A stretch of DNA of 64,000 nucleotides from Octopus sinensis (lineage: Eukaryota), in NCBI RefSeq assembly GCF_006345805.1, contig NC_043005.1:79546001-79610000 (forward strand). Reading direction: 5' to 3'. Made by a program: the position numbers and the translations under genes. The stretch's first letter is position 1. Each line of letters begins with the position of its first letter. This document shows, in pieces, positions 53,238 through 64,000 of the stretch. The notes under the pieces were generated by a model, which saw only the letters and a list, made by a program, of their open reading frames with translations, was not told the DNA's origin and did no database searches.

Positions 53238-56140
53238 GGAAAACTGACAGCTTATTTTGTTGTGTATGATGTAAAGTGTCATCTGTCCACAGCCAACAGA
53301 CTAAGGTGACACTTGTTTTACTGGTCAAGCTTCAAATACCCTGCGAAGAACTCTTTCAGTTCCAATCATTACTGAATTTCGTAGGTGTCCTACCTTTACA
53401 CTTGCACCGATCTTTTTCAGTCAAGGTGGTGATTGAGTGCTGATACTTCCAAGAACACCAATTACTATAGGTATCAATCACGTCTACTTTCCTCATTGAC
53501 CACATCCTTTGTATTTCTCACTTTAAACCGTCGTAGTTGTTTATTTATTCTTCTTCTTTAAAATTGATCCTGTTGTCACCAGGGCATGCTACGTCGATAA
53601 TCATACATGTTCTTTCTTTTTTATTCACCACAACAATGTCCGATTTCCTATGTGTGGTTAGGTGATAGCACTGGATCATTACATCTCACAGGCTTTTGCA
53701 GTTCTCATTTTCGGTGACTCCTTCTGTGGTTTGCTCATACCATGTCTTTGCTCTTTGTAGGCCGTGATTTCTTCAGGCCTCCCAATAGACTATTCTTGCC
53801 ACATTGTCATAGTGTCTTTTGTATTCGTGTTGTGCCAATTTCGGGCATTCGCAAACGATATGCCGTACCGTTTCACGCCTCTCACCACACATTCTGCATT
53901 TGTCGCTACCGGTAGTGCTGTCATTTCTGAATTTCACATAATTGGTCCTTAATGCTTATTCTTGAGCTGTGTATATGAGGGTTTCTGTCTCTATCTTCAG
54001 GTCACTCCTCCTCATCCACAGCCACCGGTCCTCTGTATCTGTCTTAGCGTTCACTTCTCATGCAAAGTGACTGTACGTTTTTTCCTTCCTTGCTTTTTCT
54101 TTTTTTTCTGTTCATTTCTTGTTTAAATCATTTTTTAGTTACCTAACTTTCAGTTTTGATAAAATCGGCCTTGTTCGAGTGTTTCCAGAGTTGGTCTCAC
54201 GGCATTTTATATATACCAACCTAGACTGTTTTCCTCTGCTTCGATACAGTCCTGGCAACTGATCAAACATCTTCCACCCTTTCTTCTGGACAAGTACAGC
54301 CTATCGGTGTCACTCTTCGGGTGGAAATCTCCGTGTATTGTTAACATTTTTCTGGTCTTCGTATCCATATTCTTCATTTCTCTTTTGTACCATTTTATAA
54401 TTTCCGCTTCATACCGAAGTAATGCTATCGCCCACGTATTAACTGCTTGCATTTTATTCCATCCAGTCAATTTTGATGGCAGTGCCAACTACAGTGTTCG
54501 GAAATACACAATCATTAGTTATTCTTTCATTTCGTTTTCTATTATCTCGTTGCACTCTAGTTCACCAAGGTGTTTGTATCCTTCCGTTTCAATTTATTTA
54601 ATCAAGTCTCTATTCGGTAATTTTATCCCTGCTAGACACTGTATCTTGATTGTTTTTAGGTACATTACTCCGCACTTCTTGAGTCTATATTCCATTCTAA
54701 CATCAATACTAAGTCTGTGGATCTTTTTCAACAAGGAACTCAATTTTGTCTCATCTTTGCCATACAAATTCAAATCATCTGTGAAGAGGAGGTGGTTGAG
54801 TGTTTGGGATGTTTTCTTTAGTTGGTACCCAACGTTCATTTTTCTAAGTACCAAGGTAAGAGCTATCATGCAGAGGACGAAAAGAAACGGAGATAGGCTG
54901 TCACCCTGGAAAATCCCTCTTCTGATACATAGGGTGCCCAAGCTTATTCTGTAAGGTGTCAGTTGAGTTTTCCACCTCACCATACTTTTCTTCAGGAAAC
55001 ACATTACATTCCTCGCAATTCCAAACAGATCTAAGGACTCGATGATTCACGAATGTGGAATCATGACATAAGCTTTGCGATCGTCAATCCAGGCCATTCC
55101 CAGATTTGTTTTCCTTCGTTTACAATTTTGCATTACCATTTTGCATCTCCTTCTACAGCCTGTTTGTTCCGGTGGCAATTTATCGTTCTCATCAATAAAT
55201 TTATACAGTTTTGCAAATCCTCCTGACAGTAACATCCATATTAACGGGAGACAGAATATTGTCAGCAATATTTCCCTTTGGTGCATCCTTCAGCACATCA
55301 CGGTTCATCCTTTTGTCAACCAGTCCAGGATTTCGTTTCTCCAATGACCAAATACATTAAATTGTTCTGCGATCAATTTATGTGAAATACTGAACTTTTT
55401 CATCTAAAGCCCCTGTACACCATCAGGTCCTGCTGCTTTCCAATTGCTTATCTTTTTACTCATATTTCTGATACTGTCTTCTGTGAAATGGAACGCCTCT
55501 TGCTGGGAATAAGAAGCTGCTTGCTTTAGGCTGCAGAGCCATTCAGCTGTAATGTTATGTTGTTCACTCAGTATCTTACTCCCAAAATGTCGACTTTCAT
55601 CAGCATCAGGGGCTCATATTCCAAGTTTTTTTTTATCATCATTAATCTCTTGATAAAATCTTTTTTGATCGGTTTTTGATTGCTTAATCCGTTTTGAAAA
55701 CTAGTTAGTTTTGCTTTCTTTTTGCATGTATGCGCTGCTTCAGTTCTTCAATTACAAAATTCAGGACTTTTTGTATCTACACCATTCTTCCAAACATCTT
55801 TGAATTTCCATTCATTCTTGAGTTCTCCATTCCTTTTCCTGACAAGTATTGACACTACACTATTCAGGGAATTTATATCTTCAGAAATTCTCCTTTTCCA
55901 CCACAATTGTTTATTCCCTCTTCTATCCGTTGCTGTTTTATTCTCAGTAGTCCTCAATCCCATCCTTTCCTGCTAGCATCCTTGATAAGATTATTTCTTT
56001 GTGTGATATTCTTTGTTTCACTGTATCTCAGAACAATATGGACTTTATTCATATCTTTATTTTGCCTCCATTGGTTAATCTTCTTAAAGTCGCACATATA
56101 TTCTCTCCCTTTTGCATTTAATAGATCCACAAATCTGTCA
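53238..56140 (-). mobile_element. Older degenerate Dong/R4 copy (N-terminus, RT, RLE)
   Basis: LWWKRRI, EQTGCRRRC, AWIDDRKAY, RRGIFQGDSLSPFLF, HLLFTDDLNLYGK, HPKSDTDRLY, KCRMCGERRETVRHI and IIDVACP remnants. Ends in (TAA)n at about 53237. Confidence 0.85.
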
Positions 56141-56149
56141 ATTATTAAT

Positions 56150-57230
56150 CGATGTTCACTATTTGATTAGATGTACTACGGTGTCAGCTATTCACTATCA
56201 GTGAACTAAGGCAACACCCCTTATTTTTCGTGCATCATCCGGAGTATTCGAGCAGTTCCAAGCAGTGTTGTTTCCTCCAAGTGCTCCACCCTTGTTGCAG
56301 CCTTTATTTGAACTATGCAGTTCTCAAGACTTTTACTCCCTGTTCTCAGGACTCCGACAATTATTGGTACTCTACCACCTTTTCATCGACCACAACTTCT
56401 TAACATTCCAGGCTAACTTGTTATATCTATCGACTTTTCTTTCTTCCTCATCGCATACCATGTTGTCAGGTGGTTATGCTACATCTATGATTCAGCATCA
56501 TTTGTTTTCTTTTTCAATTAACACTGTCTTGTTACCTAACTCATGGTCGCACTGAATCACAAAATCCCTTAGGATCTTTGCACTATCATTTTTGGTGATG
56601 CCTTCGGGTTTATGCTCGTACCACTTTTCCCTCCGCCAAATCCATACTTGCTGCAATGTATCCAATGGACAACCCTTGCTATATTGGCATGACGTCTCTT
56701 ATATTCCTTCTGGCCTAGTGGCATACATTGACTAGAAATACGTCATACGGTTTCACCATTTTGTCCACAAATTCTGCACATCACTTCTGATGTGTTGTCT
56801 ATTCTGTGTTTTATGTAATTGGTTCTTAATGCTTGCTCTTACGCAGCACTGATTAGAGTCTCTGTTTCGGTTTTAAATCACTGTTAGTGATAGATAGCCA
56901 TCTTTTTGCTTGTCTCTCTTATCTTCAAAAACGCTATGAAATTGACCATGCATTCTTTTCTTTACCCACTTACATTCTGTTTCATTCGTTTTCAATTCAT
57001 TGTATAGTGCTTTACCTTTGCAATCTTTCATCCTACAGAAGCCTGGCCTTCTCATTTCTAATAATAGCGGCTCTGTGGCATTTTTTACATACCATGCTAT
57101 GTTGTTTTCTTCTGTTCTAATGCTGTGTTCGTATCCAGCCAGTCCTCTTCCTCATCTTTTTTCTTGGTACATACAGTCTGTCTGTGTCACTTTTTGGGTG
57201 GAGTATCCCATATCAAGTCAGCAACGTCCT
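56150..57230 (-). mobile_element. 5'-truncated older Dong/R4 copy (3' region)
   Basis: W..KRMHGQF, VVHWIHCSKY, KILRDFVIQCDH and IIDVA..DN..VGVL..LLGTARILR remnants with stops. Confidence 0.75.
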
Positions 57231-57378
57231 CGTCTAAGCTGTTTAGTTCATCTACTGTCTAAGTGATTACTCATGCTCCATATATAAGGAGTGAAACCGT
57301 CAATGTGTTGATACCTTCAATCTTATTCCGTCCATTAAATTTTGACTTCAACTAGTATTATTATTATTATTATTATTA

Positions 57379-60300
57379 CTTTTTTTTTCTTCTTTCAAAT
57401 TTTCTTCCATTTCTTGCCGAGTGTCTTCCCGACTCCTAGGGCAAAGAAACTCATAGTGTATATTGGTAGGCCATTAAACCAAACTCAGTAGTTCGTTAAT
57501 TTTTTTTTTTTTTTTTTTTAAAGTTAAATTAAAATGCATGAGCAGCAACAGTTCTCACATCGACAATGCTCTTCTCAATACGTGTGATGTACCAGTTAAG
57601 ACAATCTTTTGCACTTCTTGCAGGGATGGTAAGCCAGGGATCATTCTCATATAATTTTCGGTTCCCTTCTTGATCATTCCTAGTGCTCCTACGATCACTG
57701 GTATTGTAACCGCCTTGAGATGCCACATTTTCTCAATTTCAATGAGTAGGTCTTTATATTTTCTGAGCTTGTCAAACTCTTTCGCTGAGATATTATGATC
57801 ACAGGGGATGCTCATGTCGATCAATAAGCAAACTTTATTGTTTTGGTCTTTCACAACAATATCTGGTTTATTGGCCTTGATGGTTCGGTCTGTATGTACT
57901 GGAAAGTCCCACAGAATGGTTACATTTTCTCCTTCAGTTACAGCCTCAGGGTGGTGATTATACCACTTGTCGGCAGTTTTGATATCGTAATGCCAGTGAA
58001 GATATTGGCCAACTCTGTCATGTCTTAATTTATACTCCACTGGTGCTAAGACTTTACATCCAGAGATTAGGTGGTCCACTGTTTCAATCATGTCGTTGCA
58101 GAATCGGCATTTTGGGTCTGCTCCATTTTTCATCACATTGGCCTGGTAGTTCGGGTTGATAGGCTTTGGTCTTGAGCAGCCAGGATGAAACCTTCGCTCT
58201 CTGCTTTTAGCCCTGAGCTCCGCAGCCACTGATGGGTTTGCTTCTGGTCAACATCAGCTTGTTTGCTGCGGGTCACATATTTGCCATGCAGAGGTTTCTC
58301 CTCCCACCTATCAGCCAATTGCTCGTGCGCTTTTTTCATTGCCATCATTTTCACCTTTGCAACAATAGTTGCCGTACTTCCCTCGGGTTGTTCAGTTTGG
58401 GTATCCTGCACGAGATCAATAGCAAATTTTTTGCTTTCCTTGATGATAGAATGAAGCTTCTTTCGTCTCTCGTGGTTTTCCACGAGCTTTAGCATCCAGT
58501 CATTCGATATTTCGAGATATTTGGCCAGTCCAATTGTGGTTGTTTTGTAAGCTAGTTCAAATTGGATCAGGCCTCGACCTCCTTGGGCTCTGGGAAGGTA
58601 AAGGCGATCTACGTCTGCCTTTGGGTGGTGCATCCTATTACAACTCAGCAGCTTGCGTATTTTTCTATCTATATTCTTTACTTCACTCATATTCCAGTTC
58701 AACACATTGTAGCTATAAGTAACAACTGGAACTGCTAAGGAATTTATAGCTAACACCTTGTTACGTGCATTTAGTTCAGATTTCAGGACTGCACGAACTC
58801 TCCTATAACATTCCTTCCTGATTTTCTCTTTCATGCTTGCATGCTGAATACCAGAGCCTTCATTTATCCCTAAATATTTGTATGTTTGTTCTTGCTCAAG
58901 CTCTCTTATGACTGTGTCAACATCTAACACGACTGAATTGTGGTCTTCACTTTCCCTTTCTGGAAAGTGGCCTTGGCACACTTCTCAAGTCCAAACTCCA
59001 TCCCGATGTCATCGCTGAATGATTTCACGGTGCGCAATAGGCCTTCAAGTTCATTATTGTCTTTACCATAAAGTTTTAAGTCATCCATATAAAATAGATG
59101 GCTTTTTTTTTATTGGCAATTTTATACCCATACCTGTTCTGTTTAATTCACTTGTAAGGGGTATTAGGGCTATGCAGAATATTAAAGGTGAAAGTGAGTC
59201 ACCTTGAAAAATTCCACAGTTGATGTTTATATTTTCTGAGGCAAGTACTCCATTAGAGTGGTATAATTGGAGATTCGTATTCCACAACGACATATTGTGC
59301 TTCAGGAAGTTTGAAATCACAGGGGAAATTTTGAAGATGTCCAGCGATCTCAAGATCCATGGATGCGGTATACTGTCGAAGGCCTTTTTATAGTCAATCC
59401 ATGCGGTGCTGAGATTTCTGCGCTTGTTGTGACAGTTCTCAAGGATCATACGATTGATTAGCAGTTGATCTTTGCATCCGTAACAGCCTCGGCGGCACCC
59501 TTTTTGTTCAAATGGGGAAAATATCGTTCTTCTCCATGAATGCATATGTTTTCTCCGCCAGGATAGATGTTAGGATTTTATACGTGGTGGATAGACAGGT
59601 TATAGGCCGATAGTTTTTGGAAAGTTGGTTTCGTTATTCTTTGGGAGTAGGTAAGTAATGCCACTTGCTAACCATTCAGGTGTTTTCTTTGGGTCTCTCA
59701 TAATTCCATTGAGCAGCTGAACTAGCTTACCGTGTGCGCACAGGAGCGATGCGAGCCAGAAATTCGGCACCCTATCTTTACCGGGGGATTTCCAATTATG
59801 GGCCTTCGTGAGTGCCTTTCTTAGGTCTGCTATTGTGATGTCTTCCCATGCTTGTTGTTGTAAATTTTGGTAGGACCCTTCAGTTTGTATAATCCAGTCT
59901 GCATTTATGTTGTACGTCTTCTTGTCACTCCAAATCCTTTTCCAAAAGTTTTGAACTTCTTCCATGGGAGGGGGGTCTTTAACGGTTACTTTCTCCTTCC
60001 CTATTTCTCTGTAGAATTGTTTGGCATTGGATGTGAACAGCTTATTTTGCTTGTAAAACTTGTTTCTCTTCTCAAATCTTCGTATTCTTTGGGCTTTTGC
60101 TTGGACTTTTTGTTTCACGGTTTTTTTTTTTATATCAGTTCTTCTCTTGGTGAGGATCCAAATTTTCTCTTCATCTTTCTTCCTGTTCTGGATCTTATAT
60201 CATTTCCACATATTAGTTCATTTAATATTGATATTTCCCCTCTCATAAATTCAATCTCTTTTTCAATTTTACTTCTCCAGGTTTGATTTCTTCCCAGGTT

Positions 60301-61240
60301 TTGTTTTCTTTGTTTTTCGGGGGCATACAGCTGGTTTCAATGCCCTAGCAGAAGCGTAAATAATTTCATTTACTCAGTAAAATCAGGTTTTAATTCTCGT
60401 ATTATTTCATTTGTTACATAGTTGCCAATTTGGATTTGTTTTTTATTTTGGTTTGTATTTGAGAGTTTATGAAGCGGTTCTCTATCATTCATACTTGTAT
60501 GTCTTACAACTTCAAGCGTATTCAGGATTTTCTGCCTCATTTCTGCTATAGACTCTCTGTGTTCTTCAGCAAATGCGAGATCTTCAGTTACTGTTGTTTT
60601 TTCGTTTTCCTGGCTATCTTTAACAGGTACAATAGAGATTTCTTGTATCTTCAGGCCTTTGCGTACTTTGGTCAGATGGCAGTCTTTCAATTAAGCCTCG
60701 TGGCGGGCTATACTGTTCATCTGATTCTTCATTTCCTTTGTGTCTTATATTTATGTCATTTTCCGTTGCGTGCTTGATCGCGCTTATTTCACTGTCTGTG
60801 AGTCTGTTATTTCTAAAGATATCCCTCCTCACATTTGCTAATTTGTTCTCGTCCAAATAGGGCCTACTGTCTTGATTCCGTGTTCTCCATATACTGTAAG
60901 AGTTTGCGGTGTGTCTCTCTTGAGATGGCCTACCTAATGCATAGTAATAAGCGTATATTACTTCTTTATACTCTTCTCGGGTCCATTTGTTCCGCTTACA
61001 TTTTTCTTTCTGTCGTGGTTGTGGTGGTGAACTTGGAGGGCTCGAGTTGGGGGATTTCCCGTTCAAGTGACCATCCATGTCCGTATTCGGAGAAGAGTTT
61101 GTGCCAGTTGATGACTTTTCGATCCCAGGCTGGCTCTTCCCTGGGGGACGCGCTTCCAGATTAACCATAGGACAAGCGATTTGGTATACTGATTTAGTTT
61201 TCCTTTTAGTTTCCAAAAACATTTTGGTGCTACGATAATG
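57379..61240 (-). mobile_element. Near-full-length R4/Dong-type non-LTR retrotransposon (RT, CCHC knuckle, restriction-like endonuclease), frameshifted
   Basis: Consecutive ORFs 60620-61222 (KWTREEYKEVIYAYY), 59600-60118, 59081-59545 (EQKGCRRG..AWIDYKKAFDSIPH..GIFQGDSLSPL), 58133-58981 and 57555-58229 (CRFC..ETVDHLISGC; KPDIVV..LIDMSIP). The 3' end abuts (TAA)n. Confidence 0.92.
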
Positions 61241-61637
61241 TTATCATTTTTTTAGCTTTGATTGGCTCGTGGGGAGACGGCCATCATTGCCGTTACAAAT
61301 ATAATCGTACCATTATAGCAGCCGTAGTAGTCGCTTATTATTGTTATTATCATCACCATTACCATCACTATCATCATTATCACCACCATTACCATCATCA
61401 TTATCATCATCACCATCACCATCACCACCATCATCATCATGATATGTTTTTGTGTTTAGTCAGCAGCAGTATCTTATTATTGTTATTTTTGTTTTTTATC
61501 ATTATCACCATCACAGTAGTGTCTGTCTGTCTCGTTGGCTGGCTGACGTCCTTTTTTTTTTTTTTTTTTTTAGGTGCGGTCCTATCAGTCAAAAAAAGTT
61601 CAGATGTTTACTACTATTAGGCTTAAGAAAAATTAAG

Positions 61638-62240
61638 GAAGGGCGGTTCTGTATTGTTTGTGAATAGAGAAGTTGTGTTCGACCAGAGAGAATCGTAGCA
61701 TCATCATTTTTTTTTTCCACGTGCGTTTGTGTTATTGCAATAAAAAGCGTTTGTATATTTCCTGTAAGATAATATTGTGGAGGTTGAAGTTGACTTTTCT
61801 AGAGATGTTTGTATGTCCAGTTAGAAGAACAGGTGTGTTTTTACAATAAAAAGTATATGTTTACATTTATATTTGAATATTCAGGGAGGAAGCAAAGAAA
61901 AGTCAGATTTTCATAGAAAGTTTTAGGGTTTTGTAAGTCCACAAAAAGAAAAAAAAGAAAAGCGTGATGTTTTTAGAGAGAAGAAAAAAAAAAGGATGTT
62001 TACAGAGGCAATTGTGGGTATCAAAGTTTTAAAAGCTGGTCGAATGTATGATTGAAAACTGTAGATATGTAAATTTGTAAATCTTCTTAACTTTTTTGAA
62101 GGGCTGTTCTGTATTATTTGTGAATAGAGAAGCTGTGTTCGACCACAGAGAATCTTAGCATCATTATTTTTTCCATGTGCGTTTGTGTTATTGCAATAAA
62201 AAGTGTTGTATATTTCGTGCAAGGTAATATTGTGGAGGTT
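61638..62240 (+). repeat. Direct repeat of about 145 bp with a 460-bp period
   Basis: 61638-61785 and 62098-62240 share gaagggc.gttctgtatt..gaatagagaag..aatattgtggaggtt. Confidence 0.8.
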
Positions 62241-62241
62241 A

Positions 62242-62276
<35 letters not shown>

Positions 62277-62285
62277 TATTATTAT

Positions 62286-62349
<64 letters not shown>

Positions 62350-62380
62350 CATCATCATCATCATTATCATCATCATCATA

Positions 62381-62438
<58 letters not shown>

Positions 62439-62472
62439 TATTATTATTATTATTATATTATTATTATTATTA

Positions 62473-63037
62473 GTCAGTAGTTTTATTTTTATAGTGTGCT
62501 TTCACTTCACTACCGAGCGCAGCTCTGTGTGCCTTGGGTATGTGCTGTGATTTGTTGTGATGCCCTGATGGTTATTGTATGGAAAGTGTTCTGCGTAGAA
62601 TGTGTGCATGCTTAGTAGTGCAATTTTCTGTATGTTATATGTGTTTGTAAGTCCTGGTGTTTTTGTTATGTATTTGTCTGAATATGTTTTTATCATGCCT
62701 AATGCACCTACTATGATAGGAATTGTTTCTGCTTTTAGATTCCACATTCTGGTTACTTCTATTTCCAGGTCTTTTTAGTTTGAAAGTTTCTCCATTTCTT
62801 TTAGAGACACGTTGTCATCTGCTGGTATTGATACATCAATTAGAAAACATTTTTTTTCTTCATGATCTCTGACAACTATATCTGGTCTGTTGGCCTTAAT
62901 TTCTCTATCTGTGTGTATCGGCATATCCCAGAGTATGGTTACTTTCTCGTTTTCTGTGACCTTTTCTGGTGTGTGCCTATACCATCTTTTTTCTGTTGTT
63001 ATTCCATAATGTTGACATAGCTTCCAGTGTATGTAGG

Positions 63038-63039
<2 letters not shown>
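62473..63039 (-). mobile_element. Short 3' Dong/R4 fragment inserted in (TAA)n
   Basis: HWKLCQHY..ILWDMPIHTDREIKANRPDIVV..FLIDVSIP..WNLKAETIPIIVGALG, with TAA repeats on both sides. Confidence 0.85.
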
Positions 63040-63096
<57 letters not shown>

Positions 63097-63136
63097 ATTA
63101 TTATTATTATTTTTATTATCATCATTATTATTATTA

Positions 63137-63219
<83 letters not shown>

Positions 63220-63247
63220 AGTATTATTATTATCATTATTATTATCA

Positions 63248-63278
<31 letters not shown>

Positions 63279-63294
63279 TATTATTATCATTATA

Positions 63295-63336
<42 letters not shown>

Positions 63337-63353
63337 AGTATTATTATTATTAT

Positions 63354-63754
63354 CCCGTGCTTTCACTGCACTACCGAGCACAACACTGTGTGCCTTGGGT
63401 ATGTGCTGTGCGTTGTTGTTGTGTTCTTATTTTCACTGTATTGAAAGTGTTTTATGCAGGATGAGTGCGGTGTACATCAGTGCAATTTTCTGTATGTTAT
63501 ATATACTTGTAAGAATTGAGGTTTTTGTTATGCATCTCTCTGAATTTCTGATGCACTTAGTATAATAGGAATTGCTTCTGTTTTTTAGGCTCCACATTCG
63601 AGTTACCTCTAATTCCAGAGCTTTGTATTTTGAGAATTTCTTCGTTTCTTTTAGAGAAACTTTATTATATGTTGGTATTGATAAATCGATTTAAAAACAT
63701 CTTTTTTCTTGGTGATCTCTGACAACTATATCCGGCCAATGGGCCTTAGTTTCT
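63354..63754 (-). mobile_element. Short 3' Dong/R4 fragment inserted in (TAA)n
   Basis: KAHWPDIVVRDHQEKRCF remnant and a 3' tail similar to that of 62473-63039, with TAA repeats on both sides. Confidence 0.78.
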
Positions 63755-63776
63755 ATTATTATTATTATTATTATTA

Positions 63777-63870
<94 letters not shown>

Positions 63871-64000
63871 CATCATCATCATCATCATCATCATTATATA
63901 TTGTTTTACTTCTCAGAGTGTTCGGTCTTGTTTACACCGCTTGATTCTGTGAGAACAGACAGCAGCCTCTTGTCAGAGGTCTCACAGGGTCTCTTTCCGC

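Larger units (their letters stand above)
62240..63895. repeat. (TTA)n/(CAT)n microsatellite blocks hosting Dong fragments
   Basis: Tracts at 62240-62472, 63040-63353 and 63755-63895. Confidence 0.9.

Noticed and set aside
54307-54954. 215-aa plus-strand ORF and other antisense ORFs over 54-61 kb
   Set aside because: They are antisense shadows of Dong/R4 coding sequence.
61103-61160. Canonical HDV ribozyme call at the Dong 5' end
   Set aside because: P3/L3 and P1.1 could not be placed, so it is kept only as a possible pseudoknot.

Overview
AT-rich, microsatellite-saturated animal DNA, most likely from an Octopus (coleoid cephalopod) genome; this is inferred from the SINE families and simple-repeat load and was not confirmed by a search. 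No recognisable host gene is present. Most ORFs in the supplied track are simple-repeat artefacts. The real coding remnants are retroelements: a near-full-length R4/Dong (RLE) LINE and many same-strand Dong fragments piled into (TAA)n/(CAT)n tracts at 53-64 kb; CR1-clade LINE pieces, one with a 497-aa RT ORF; an RTE 3' end; and two different Penelope-like elements (PLEs). There are also many tRNA-SINE copies, a Helitron nested in a hAT MITE, and a Tc1-like MITE. The most notable observations are: (1) a head-to-head pair of hammerhead ribozyme motifs forming a near-perfect palindrome at 10030-10152; (2) many inverted duplications of different ages; (3) a deep-branching (Naiad/Hydra-like) PLE with TGA at its CxC linker position; (4) a SINE carrying an internal hypervariable microsatellite; (5) an indel-free duplicated 48-codon small ORF below a promoter-like motif cluster. 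All alignments and folds were done by eye, so repeat boundaries are approximate.
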